A stretch of DNA of 64,000 nucleotides, taken from contig CAVSNY010000003.1 of NCBI GenBank assembly GCA_963729605.1, positions 32,001-96,000 of the forward strand, read 5' to 3'. This document shows positions 10,601 to 18,734 of this stretch, piece by piece (within the stretch, counting starts at the first letter, position 1; the number at the start of each line of letters is the position of its first letter). The DNA is from an uncultured Gammaproteobacteria bacterium (lineage in GTDB: Bacteria; Pseudomonadota; Gammaproteobacteria; DRLM01). Made by a program: the position numbers and the translations under genes. The notes below the pieces were generated by a model. That model did not search any database, was not told the DNA's origin, and worked only from the letters and a program-made list of their open reading frames with translations.

Positions 10601-11462
10601 GACCGGTGATGCGCATTTCCTGTTCTTGGCCGCTGCCGTGCAGTTGGCCACCGACCCGCAGGTCGGGCCAGCCACTATGAATGGCGCGCAGATTGAAATC
10701 GGCGGCGCTGAGGTCGGCATCCCAGGTCAGCCCGCTCAAGGGCGACGATATCCGGCCGTTCAGGCTGGCCGTGACGGGCGATGCCAATTGTTGTTCGACC
10801 TGAAGTCGTTTGGCGTCGCCGTGCAGGCGGCCCGCGCCTTCCCATAGACCGTACTCCGCGGCGTCGAAGCGCCATTGCACTTGGAGGTCGAGCGGGTAAT
10901 CGCCTTGCGGCGTGAGGTCGCCGAACGCGCTGAGACGATAAGCGGGGCCTTCGACCTCCAACCGCTGGATGTGGCCGCCGTCGTGCTCCCAGCGGGTTGA
11001 TAAGGCGGCGGAGGTCAATTCGAAGGCGGTCGCTTGCCCGCGCTCTTGTAAGTGGAGGGCGGATAACCGGGCCTGGTCGATGCGCAAGCGAAAGGGCAGA
11101 TGGATGTCCGGCAGGGTGGGAGGCTCGTCGGACGTGGCGGCGTAGTTCACGGTGAGATTGTGTACGGTCAGTGAATGTATATGCAGCAACCTGGCGGTGA
11201 GCTCACCCGGTGACCAGTCGAGATCCAAGCGCTCCAGCTCGATTTCGGTATCTTGATCGCGATAATGGAGACCGCGTAAACGCAGCGGGCCGAGCAGGCG
11301 GCCGTGTAATTCGGCGATGGATAATTGGCCGGGCAGCAGCATGACGGCGGTGCGGTAAGTCCATTGCAGGCCCCATTCGGTACCGGCGATGACCAGGCCG
11401 AATAAAATCAGCGCGGTGACCAGGGTCAAGCCGGTGGCGAACAACCGGGCCAGCCACTTCAC
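7695..11462 (-). CDS. tamB: Translocation and assembly module TamB
   Basis: N-terminal TM anchor, long beta-taco region, C-terminal YRAYGQEL...ALSYLLLGR...DLLYTIE; GTG start at 11462 overlaps the tamA stop (GTGA). Confidence 0.9.
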   Translation of the reverse strand: MKWLARLFATGLTLVTALILFGLVIAGTEWGLQWTYRTAVMLLPGQLSIAELHGRLLGPLRLRGLHYRDQDTEIELERLDLDWSPGELTARLLHIHSLTVHNLTVNYAATSDEPPTLPDIHLPFRLRIDQARLSALHLQERGQATAFELTSAALSTRWEHDGGHIQRLEVEGPAYRLSAFGDLTPQGDYPLDLQVQWRFDAAEYGLWEGAGRLHGDAKRLQVEQQLASPVTASLNGRISSPLSGLTWDADLSAADFNLRAIHSGWPDLRVGGQLHGSGQEQEMRITGRLRTTQKDLRLAHDLDLGYNGADVLTIHRLHSVLGNTASAVTVRGRITLGQEIHADLNGRWNALRWPLANGPQVQSAQGRFTVTGTPKKYALKLQGDVSGKDIPAGQWRITARGTAERLIFSDVQADILAGRLRGQGEVQWKSGLSWRADWQARDIDPGRQWPAWPGTLNFAGHAEGRQRNGVHDLSVDIPDVAGTLLDHPFTGTVAAAMHGTEITLSRFQAQSGENKVNVHGTLGEQWDGRWEVTANNLAALLPGSGGTFQGGGQVSGPRDAPVLTSSLIGTHLRFGAYRAEQMQLVMSVDTSGTHPSALEVQAENLGIDQLEFEHALLRADGNTEQHTLRAAVSGAPGRFETELSGGYLDSLWRGTVARLDVDHKLSGAWSLQTPAPLRGDPAAGNVQLDSLCLRQDTGRICASAQWDKQQGWQAQAGARGLPLSVAQRILPPGAIISGEFDLDAQAQADQSGFITGRVDARLGAGAISQAASARENNIGLSYKNGRIGGELDREALRLDLQLDMDDGGHAAGAFDVRREALPKPLGGGADAAPDSLRGQASADLRDLSVLPLFLPALENTQGTINGNLRLAGSLAEPKLTGSLRLEKGSADLPGLGIHVKDTRIMLEAHGRDHFSIDASLQSPRGSLSLRGESRQLATGDWQTKLNAVGKDVEIMNTSEMRIIASPDIHLSVLGHRVDLEGEITIPEAHIRPRQLSGAVSVSDDVVIVSPQGPSAQKSSWQIHSQVRIRLGDFVRFDGFGLRARLAGDIVLVDAPQQPTTARGELRVIEGEYRAYGQELTIERGRLMFFGGPVDNPGLDVRAVRHVEEVTAGLLVRGTLKAPQVTLFSEPVMAETDALSYLLLGRPVSQASTAEGEEMYGAAAALGLFGGGFLATQLGRQFGIDDVRLEAGGGYGEGALVIRHYLSPKLYVSYGLGLFENFNVFVVSYQINRLWTLQAESGTHSSADLLYTIERD

Positions 11463-13270
11463 AGATCCGGCCCCACGTTGATGTGCAGCCGGAACGGGTT
11501 GCCGGGTTCGCTGATGGCCCAGGCGAAATCGAAGCGGATCGGACCGACCGGCGAGAGCCAGCGCCCGCCGAAACCTGCGCCTTCTTTGAGGTGCTCCCGC
11601 CAATCGTTGATGGCGTTGCCTTTGTCGTAGAACAGCGCGCCGCTCCACTTCTCGGTGAAGCGGTATTCGTATTCCAGACTGCCCACCAATAAATGTTCGC
11701 CGCCGACCACCCGGCCTTGCGCGTCGCGCGGCCCGAGGTCGTTGTAGCCGTAACCGCGCATGCTTTGGCTGCCGCCCGCGAAGAAACGCACCGAGGTGGG
11801 CAGGCTGCGGATGGGATCGAGAAAGGTGGTGCCGGCGTCGCCGCGGGCGATGAAACGGTGGCGCGAGGCCAGCGTGGCGACCCCCTTGGCCTGGGTGCGC
11901 AGTTGCACGAATTCATGATCCGAAAGCAGCGAGGGATGGGCGCCGCGCAGATCGACGAGCAGGCGCAGGCCGCGGCTGGGATAGGTGCGCAGATCGGCGA
12001 TGACCCGTGAATAGGTGACGCCGGGGATGAGCAGCACCGAGTCGCCGCGGTCGTCACCGATGCGGAAAGACTCGGTTTGGTATTTGAGATAGACGGTCTC
12101 CAGCCAGCCCGAGCGCCGGGCCAGGGTGTGACTGAGGCCCACCAGAAAGGTCTCGCTCTGGCTCTCGTTGGGATGATCGTTGGACCAGCTGGTGGTGAGG
12201 GCGACTTCATCGCTGCGCGGATTGCGGATCGGCCAACTGTAACGGGTGCTCAGGCTGTCGTTGATTTCGGAGATTTGGTAATCGGCACGGAAACGGTGGC
12301 CGCGGTCGTTTACTCGCCGGTTTTCCCAGCCCAGTCGGCCGCGAGGGCCGGTGTCGGTGCCGTAACCCATGCCGGCGATGTAGCGGTGCCGATGGCGCGG
12401 GACGAGATTCACCGCGATGGGTATCTGTAAATCTTCCGCCAATTCTTGTCGCGGCTCGATTTCGATATTGCCGAAATAATTGCTGTCGAACAACGCGCTT
12501 TGCAATTCCAGTAATTCATTCACCCGGTAAGGTTCGCCGGGTTTGAAAGAGACGTAGCGCTGGATGAAGTCGTCGCGCAACACGCTTTGATTGAAGCGGA
12601 CCTCGCCGAATTGATAACGCGCGCCGGTATCCATGTCGAGTAATACCTCGGCGGTGTTGGCCGCCGGATCGATCCGCAGTTCGTGGGTGAGAAACTGGAA
12701 GTCGAAATAGCCGTTTTCATTGGCGAGGCGCTGAAAGCCTTCTTTCCCGGTTTTATAGTTGCGCTGGTCGAGCACGGCGCCGGGACGCAATGGGAATTCC
12801 CGCGCCAGGCGCTGGAAGTCCGGGTCGTTTTCGCCGCCGCCCTTTATCGTGATGCCGACTTGCGTGACCCGCACCGGCGGACCGATTACGATGTCGTAAC
12901 GAGCCAGCCACCGGCCGTTGGCCTCGCTGAGGCTGGCGGTGGTTTTGGGCTGGTAATAACCGAACGGCGCCAGGGCGTCGGCGATTTCCGCGACGGCCTT
13001 TTGATGGTAGCGCCGCAGCCGGCTTTCGTTGAGGGTCGGGTCATTGCGCTGCTGTTCGATGGTGAGATAGGCACGCACGTTATTCAGCAGCTCATCCTTG
13101 ACGCCTTCGATGCGCACCTCGACATTCAATTCGGCGCGGACCGGAGAGGCCAGGCACAGCAACAAGCATAAGCAAATCGCCGGCCGGCGCCCGCCGCCGC
13201 GCCGCCAGGCCGCACGCATGATGCGCAACCAAGCAGTGGCGGTTATTCGGAATGTGGCTATGGATGACAT
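11459..13270 (-). CDS. tamA: Translocation and assembly module TamA (Omp85 family)
   Basis: Signal peptide, POTRA region, GYGTDTGPR, RFFAGGSQSMRGY, SPVGPIRFDFA, C-terminal GPDL; exact start uncertain. Confidence 0.9.
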   Translation of the reverse strand: MSSIATFRITATAWLRIMRAAWRRGGGRRPAICLCLLLCLASPVRAELNVEVRIEGVKDELLNNVRAYLTIEQQRNDPTLNESRLRRYHQKAVAEIADALAPFGYYQPKTTASLSEANGRWLARYDIVIGPPVRVTQVGITIKGGGENDPDFQRLAREFPLRPGAVLDQRNYKTGKEGFQRLANENGYFDFQFLTHELRIDPAANTAEVLLDMDTGARYQFGEVRFNQSVLRDDFIQRYVSFKPGEPYRVNELLELQSALFDSNYFGNIEIEPRQELAEDLQIPIAVNLVPRHRHRYIAGMGYGTDTGPRGRLGWENRRVNDRGHRFRADYQISEINDSLSTRYSWPIRNPRSDEVALTTSWSNDHPNESQSETFLVGLSHTLARRSGWLETVYLKYQTESFRIGDDRGDSVLLIPGVTYSRVIADLRTYPSRGLRLLVDLRGAHPSLLSDHEFVQLRTQAKGVATLASRHRFIARGDAGTTFLDPIRSLPTSVRFFAGGSQSMRGYGYNDLGPRDAQGRVVGGEHLLVGSLEYEYRFTEKWSGALFYDKGNAINDWREHLKEGAGFGGRWLSPVGPIRFDFAWAISEPGNPFRLHINVGPDL

Positions 13271-13747
13271 AGTGGGCGAGCCGGTGAATTACGGTCCATC
13301 GTTAGGTTCGCTAAGAGCGGGTGAATGTCTTGCCAATACTTCCCGCCCCCGCGGATCGAGGGCTTGGAGGAAGGTTGAGATGTTGAAGATCAGGCACGCT
13401 GTCCGAATTTTTCCTCCACGCTGAACTCCCCTCGCGCGGATGAGGGGGGCTTCGCGAATGCCGTCATGGTGGTGATTAACCCGGCATCCAGCTGTATTCT
13501 CTCCGCCGAAGAGGGCGGTGGTGGGAAAGCGGCTGGATAAATCAGCGATTTTTGCATGGACTACTTCTTTCTCCGGCCCTTTCCGCTTGAAAGAGGGCGA
13601 GTCAACTCAGGCTATCCGTGCCGGCCGATTAACCGACGCCCCAGTATAGCCGGATCGGCGGCCGTGTCGCGACCCTGACGCGTCGCGCGGGGCTGCGCGC
13701 GGTCCGCGGATTTGTTTATGATGGCGGCTTTTCAGCGGGGGTGGTCC

Positions 13748-14662
13748 ATGGCGGCGGTAAATGACGAGGTGATCGGGCAATTGCATACCCTGCGCGACTA
13801 TGTGCGCTGGGGGGCGAGCCGCTTCAACGAGGCCGGCCTCTATTTCGGTCACGGCACCGACAACGCGGTGGACGAGGCCCTGCACTTGGTGCTGCACGCC
13901 CTGCATTTGGCGCCGGGGTTGCCCGCGGAATTGATGCACGGCCGGCTCACCCAGCACGAACGACAGGCGGTGGTGAGCTTGTTCAATCGGCGCATACACG
14001 AGCGCTTGCCGGCGGCGTATCTGACCCGCCAGGCCTGGTTCGCGGGGCTGCGCTTTTATGTGGACGAGCGGGTGCTGGTGCCGCGTTCGCCCATGGCCGA
14101 GTTGATCGAGCAGGGTTTTCAACCGTGGCTGAGCGATGAGGTGACGCGGGTGCTGGACATCGGTACCGGCAGCGGCTGCATCGCCATCGCCTGCGCCCAC
14201 GCCTTTCCCGACGCGGAGATCGACGCGGTGGACGTCTCGCCGGACGCCCTCGCGGTGACGGCGATCAATATCAAGCAACATGAACTGGCCGGACGGGTGC
14301 ATGCCTTGCAGTCCGATGTCTTCTCCGCGCTGGCCGGACGGCGTTACCAGCTCATTGTCAGTAACCCGCCCTATGTGGACGCCGCCGACATGGCGGTCCT
14401 GCCCGCCGAATACCGCCACGAACCCGCGCTGGGCCTGGCGGCGGGCGAGGACGGCCTGGATATCGTGTTGAGAATTTTACGCGAGGCGCCGGATTATCTC
14501 AGCGAGGACGGCCTGCTGGCGGTGGAAGTGGGCAACAGCGAGGCGGCCTTGCTCGCGCGCTTTCCCGAGGTGCCCTTCGTGTGGCCGGACTTCACGCGGG
14601 GCGGCGGCGGAATTTTCCTACTGGATTACTCCAGTTTGCAGCGCCACCGGCATTTGTTTTGA
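13748..14662 (+). CDS. prmB: 50S ribosomal protein L3 N5-glutamine methyltransferase
   Basis: LYFGHGTDNA, FYVDERVLVPRSP, LDIGTGSGC, NPPY motifs. Confidence 0.95.
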   Translation: MAAVNDEVIGQLHTLRDYVRWGASRFNEAGLYFGHGTDNAVDEALHLVLHALHLAPGLPAELMHGRLTQHERQAVVSLFNRRIHERLPAAYLTRQAWFAGLRFYVDERVLVPRSPMAELIEQGFQPWLSDEVTRVLDIGTGSGCIAIACAHAFPDAEIDAVDVSPDALAVTAINIKQHELAGRVHALQSDVFSALAGRRYQLIVSNPPYVDAADMAVLPAEYRHEPALGLAAGEDGLDIVLRILREAPDYLSEDGLLAVEVGNSEAALLARFPEVPFVWPDFTRGGGGIFLLDYSSLQRHRHLF

Positions 14663-14728
14663 GTAAGCCGATACCGGCGTGGCGTGAATGGCATACAATA
14701 AACGGGGAAACGCAGTAGGAGTCTCGTT

Positions 14729-16117
14729 ATGTTTCAGTCATTGGTATTCGATCAGGAATTGATCCGCCGTTACGACACCTCCGGCCCGCGTTATACCTCT
14801 TATCCCACCGCGGTGCAGTTCCACGACGGTTTTGGCGAGGCGCAATACCGCACGGCGGCGCAGTTCACCAACGGCAGCGTGCCGCCGCGGCCTTTATCGC
14901 TGTATGTCCACATCCCGTTTTGCGACACCCTGTGTTTCTACTGCGGGTGCAATAAAGTGGTGACCAAGAACCGCGCGCGCGCCGCGCCGTATCTGCAACG
15001 CCTGCACCGCGAGATCGCCTTGCAGGCCCGCTTGTTCGATCGCGAGCGGCCGGTGGAGCAATTGCATTGGGGCGGCGGCACGCCCACTTTCATCAGCCAC
15101 AACGAGATGCGCGCCTTGATGCGGGTGATCGGCGAACACTTCACGCTGTGCGATGACGACAGCGGCGAATACTCCATCGAGGTCGACCCGCGCGAGACCG
15201 ACGACGACACCATCGCCGTCTTGCGTGAGCTGGGTTTCAACCGCCTCAGCCTGGGCGTGCAGGATTTCGAGCCGCGGGTGCAGGTGGCGGTGAACCGCCT
15301 GCAATCGGAAGGCAAAACCCTGACGGTGATGGAACAGGCCCGCAAGCAGGGTTTCAAATCACTCAGTGTCGATTTGATCTACGGCCTGCCGCTGCAAACC
15401 GCGGCCAGCTTCGCGCAGACCTTGGACAAGATCATCGCGGCTGGCCCCGACCGTCTGTCGGTCTTCAATTACGCCCATCTCCCCGCGCTGTTCATGCCGC
15501 AACAGCGCATCAAAGAAGCGGAGTTGCCCAGCCCGGCGGAAAAACTCGAGATCCTCCAGATGACCATCGAGCGTCTGGCGCGGGCCGGTTACATTTACAT
15601 CGGCATGGATCATTTCGCCAAGCCCTCTGACGAGATGGCGGTGGCCCAGCGCGACGGTACGCTCTATCGTAATTTCCAAGGTTATTCCACCCACGCCGAC
15701 TGCGACCTGATCGGTTTCGGTATTACCGCCATCGGTAAAGTCGGCGACACTTACAGCCAGAACGTGAAGACCCTCGACGAATATTATGAACGCATCGACG
15801 CCGGCGCCTTGCCGATCTTCCGCGGCGTCCAACTGGACGGCGACGACGTATTGCGGCGCGAGATCATCACCCGATTGATCTGTCATTTCGAACTGAACAT
15901 GTTGCTCATCGAGCGGCGCTTCAACATCGACTTCACCCGTTATTTCGCCAAAGAGCTGGCCGAACTGGCCGCGATGGAGAACGACGGCTTGCTCGCCGTT
16001 TATAACCAAGTGATCCGCGTGCAGCCGGCGGGGCGCTTGCTGATCCGCAATATCTGCATGGTGTTCGATCGTTATCTGCGCGAGGGGCAGCCGCAGCGGT
16101 TTTCCAAAGTCATTTAA
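14729..16117 (+). CDS. hemN: Oxygen-independent coproporphyrinogen III oxidase (radical SAM)
   Basis: GPRYTSYP, HIPFCDTLCFYCGC (CxxxCxxC), RNFQGY. Confidence 0.96.
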   Translation: MFQSLVFDQELIRRYDTSGPRYTSYPTAVQFHDGFGEAQYRTAAQFTNGSVPPRPLSLYVHIPFCDTLCFYCGCNKVVTKNRARAAPYLQRLHREIALQARLFDRERPVEQLHWGGGTPTFISHNEMRALMRVIGEHFTLCDDDSGEYSIEVDPRETDDDTIAVLRELGFNRLSLGVQDFEPRVQVAVNRLQSEGKTLTVMEQARKQGFKSLSVDLIYGLPLQTAASFAQTLDKIIAAGPDRLSVFNYAHLPALFMPQQRIKEAELPSPAEKLEILQMTIERLARAGYIYIGMDHFAKPSDEMAVAQRDGTLYRNFQGYSTHADCDLIGFGITAIGKVGDTYSQNVKTLDEYYERIDAGALPIFRGVQLDGDDVLRREIITRLICHFELNMLLIERRFNIDFTRYFAKELAELAAMENDGLLAVYNQVIRVQPAGRLLIRNICMVFDRYLREGQPQRFSKVI

Positions 16118-16152
16118 AAAATTTCCTTATGTTCAAAATCGAGAGATGCACT

Positions 16153-16464
16153 ATGAATAAGCAAACCAAAATCGCCACTATGGGAATCGTCGCCTGCTTG
16201 ATGCTGGGTGCGCTGGGCACGGCCCAGGCCGCCGCCGGTGACGCCGCCGCCGGCCGTGACAAGGCGAAAACTTGCGCCGCCTGCCACGGTGCCGACGGCA
16301 AAGGCAATGTTCCCCTCGCCGGCAAGAAGGCGGACTACCTCGCGCAGCAGTTGCAGGCCTTCAAGAGCGGTGCCCGCAAAGAAAACATGATGAACATGCT
16401 GGCCAAGAATATGAGCGACCAGGACATCGCCGACCTCGCCGCGTATTTCGCCGCGCTGAAATAA
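16153..16464 (+). CDS. Monoheme class I cytochrome c (c553/c554-like), exported
   Basis: Signal peptide ending AQA, CAACH heme motif, Met-rich distal ligand region, DIADLAAYF. Confidence 0.9.
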   Translation: MNKQTKIATMGIVACLMLGALGTAQAAAGDAAAGRDKAKTCAACHGADGKGNVPLAGKKADYLAQQLQAFKSGARKENMMNMLAKNMSDQDIADLAAYFAALK

Positions 16465-16686
16465 AGTGACGTCGCTGGCGCCTCGGCGCTGATCGCCGCG
16501 GTGAGCCGCTGGTCGCGCGGATCATCCGCGTGCCGTTCCCCGAATTGCCCGCCTTCGTTACCCCCTCAATTGCGTCGATTGCCGAACGCCGCCATTCCCG
16601 CCTGTGTCAGACTGCGCGGGATGCGAGCCATGTCGCCGGCGCCGCCACTACAGCGGCTCCCCCGCCATGCCGATAAATCAGTCAAC

Positions 16687-16726
16687 TTGCAAGAGAAATT
16701 TTTTTACTATATTCTTTCAAATGAAA
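16687..16726 (+). promoter_or_regulatory. Sigma70-like promoter of the TA operon with palindromic operator
   Basis: TTGCAA (16687-16692), 17 bp, TATTCT (16710-16715); palindrome TTTCAAATGAAA (16715-16726); SD GAGGAGG downstream. Confidence 0.6.
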
Positions 16727-16744
16727 ATCAAGAGGAGGGGCACC

Positions 16745-17119
16745 ATGCAGACGCAAAAAAGCGCTAAAGCCGACCCCAGCCCGGTATTGACCAAGGCCGT
16801 ATTGCGGGCCGCGGACATCATGGGGCTCAACCAAATGACCCTCGCCAAAGTGCTGGGTGTCAGTCCGGCCTCCATCTCCCGCATGCGCGCCGGCGATTAC
16901 CGGTTGAACCCCGCCAGCAAGGAATGGGAACTCGCCACCCTGCTGGTGCGCCTGTTCCGCGGCTTGGATGCCATCATGGCGGGCGATGAAACGGCGCTGC
17001 GTTCCTGGCTGGACAGCCCCAACGCCGCCTTGCACGACAAACCGCGCGCGCTGCTGACACAAGTGACGGGCCTCACCAGGACGGTGGATTATGTGGACGG
17101 TTACCGCGCTCGCGTCTGA
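16745..17119 (+). CDS. Xre/MbcA/ParS-family antitoxin
   Basis: HTH (LAKVLGVSPASISRM) plus C-terminal WLDSPNAAL...PRALL...GLTRTVDYVD domain; overlaps the RES gene. Confidence 0.88.
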   Translation: MQTQKSAKADPSPVLTKAVLRAADIMGLNQMTLAKVLGVSPASISRMRAGDYRLNPASKEWELATLLVRLFRGLDAIMAGDETALRSWLDSPNAALHDKPRALLTQVTGLTRTVDYVDGYRARV

Positions 17120-17831
17120 GGCGCGTCCTGCGAAAGGTGTCATCTGGCGGGTGGTGGAGGATCAATACCGCGCCTCGACGCGCAAGCTGGTCGACACCCT
17201 CGAAGAACACGACCTCTTGGAGGCCCTGCTCGACCGGGACAAGCCGCCGTATCCCGTCGAGGCGGAAGGGCTGCATTACCTGCTCAAGACCCCGTTCCGT
17301 TATCATCCGCCGCCGCCGTTCGGTTCGCGGTTTCGCCGGCCGGCGGCCGGCAATGGGATATTTTACGGATCCGAAGACATCCGCACCGCCCTGGCCGAAC
17401 TCGCTTACTGGCGCCTCAAATTCTTTCACGACGCGCCCGCCGCGGTGTTACCCCGCCAGGAAGAACGGCTCTCCGTGTTCTCCACGCGTTACGCCACCGA
17501 GCGCCAATTGGATTTAACCCGCGCGCCCTTAAACAAGGATCGCCGACGCTGGATGAATCCGGAAGACTACAGCGACACCCAAGCCTTGGCCGACCGCGCG
17601 CGCGAGGCCGGGATCGACGTGATCCGTTACCAGTCGGTGCGCGACACCCAGCAGGGCGCCAACGTCGCCTTGCTCACGCCCACGGTCTTCGTCGGTAAAA
17701 AACCGGTGACTCAGCAGACTTGGTTTCTCTACCTCGCGCAGGCCGAGATCAACTTCACCCGCGCCCATGCCAAAGGCGTGGAGGATCGGTGGGTATTCCC
17801 GGTGACGCAGTTTGACTTGCCGGCGGGGTGA
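17091..17831 (+). CDS. RES-domain toxin (NAD+ phosphorylase family)
   Basis: IWRVVE...LLKTPFRY...GSRFR...FYGSE...TALAE...IRYQSVR, giving the conserved R, E and S residues. Confidence 0.88.
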   Translation: MWTVTALASEARPAKGVIWRVVEDQYRASTRKLVDTLEEHDLLEALLDRDKPPYPVEAEGLHYLLKTPFRYHPPPPFGSRFRRPAAGNGIFYGSEDIRTALAELAYWRLKFFHDAPAAVLPRQEERLSVFSTRYATERQLDLTRAPLNKDRRRWMNPEDYSDTQALADRAREAGIDVIRYQSVRDTQQGANVALLTPTVFVGKKPVTQQTWFLYLAQAEINFTRAHAKGVEDRWVFPVTQFDLPAG

Positions 17832-18030
17832 GTGGATCAAGCTGGTATGGCGATCACGATTTCAGTGAGTTCAAGTTTCGCTTTATCACCTCGGTGTGTT
17901 GTCCTCCCCCATGCATCGCCGCTTTTGCGCGTTGCCCAGGACTGGTTTCGCTGCTGGTGAGAGAAGAACTTTTCGATACACTATGCCAATGCGGCCTACG
18001 GCTTCTCTATCTTGAGCAGGTTAAAATTGA

Positions 18031-18435
18031 ATGAATAGTGATATCGGACATGAAACGCGGACGGCGACCGGCGGCCAGGTGACTTTAACGTATCTGATCT
18101 ACGGCCTGCACGCGCTCAGCGCGCTCGGCGGGGTGCTGAGTCCGGCCTTTGTGGTCACGGCGTTCATCAGCGGCTGGCCGTCGATCATCGCGGTGATCAT
18201 CAATTACGTGAAACGCGGGGATGTGCGCGGCAGTTATCTCGAATCGCACTTCCGCTGGCAGATACGCACCTTCTGGTTCGCCTTGCTCTGGGTACTGATC
18301 TCGCTGTTGCTGGCGTTTACCTTGATCGGCATTCCCATCGCCTTGATCGTCGCGTGGATCGCCGGTCTGTGGGTGCTTTATCGCATCGCGCGCGGTTTGC
18401 TCAGGCTGCTCGACGGTAAACCCATGCCGTGGTGA
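18031..18435 (+). CDS. Small inner-membrane protein (DUF4870-like)
   Basis: IIAVIINYVKR...SHFRWQIRTFW...YRIARG motif; about 3-4 TM segments. Confidence 0.75.
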   Translation: MNSDIGHETRTATGGQVTLTYLIYGLHALSALGGVLSPAFVVTAFISGWPSIIAVIINYVKRGDVRGSYLESHFRWQIRTFWFALLWVLISLLLAFTLIGIPIALIVAWIAGLWVLYRIARGLLRLLDGKPMPW

Positions 18436-18734
18436 GTTCGGGTGATGTCTGAGTTAGTAAAGCTAGGCGGCTAAAAGATCGAAAAGAATTGACGGCCTAC
18501 GATCACGACGCCCGCGTGACGTTGGATCATCTCAAAAGTCCGCCCGAGTGCAACGGCCGGCTGGGCGCCATCGCATTGGCATCGGCGATCATTTGAGTTT
18601 CGCCGCGCGATGATCCCGAACATGTTGGCGGCCGTGTTTTTTACGCGACGGATATTCACAAGCGTTCACCCGGGCAAATGACGACCTTGCTCGGCGGTGA
18701 ATGCAAGATTCGCATTGCCGGCGCGGCCGCGCGT

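Noticed and set aside
11463-11648. N-terminal extension of tamB
   Set aside because: It lies inside tamA in another frame; the GTGA-coupled start at 11462 fits better
14663-14728. FNR/ANR box upstream of hemN
   Set aside because: No TTGAT-N4-ATCAA match in the intergenic sequence
17828-18034. 68-aa Cys-rich ORF after the RES toxin, as a possible third TA component
   Set aside because: No recognisable motif and atypical composition, and it covers the likely promoter of the next gene; unsupported without homology data
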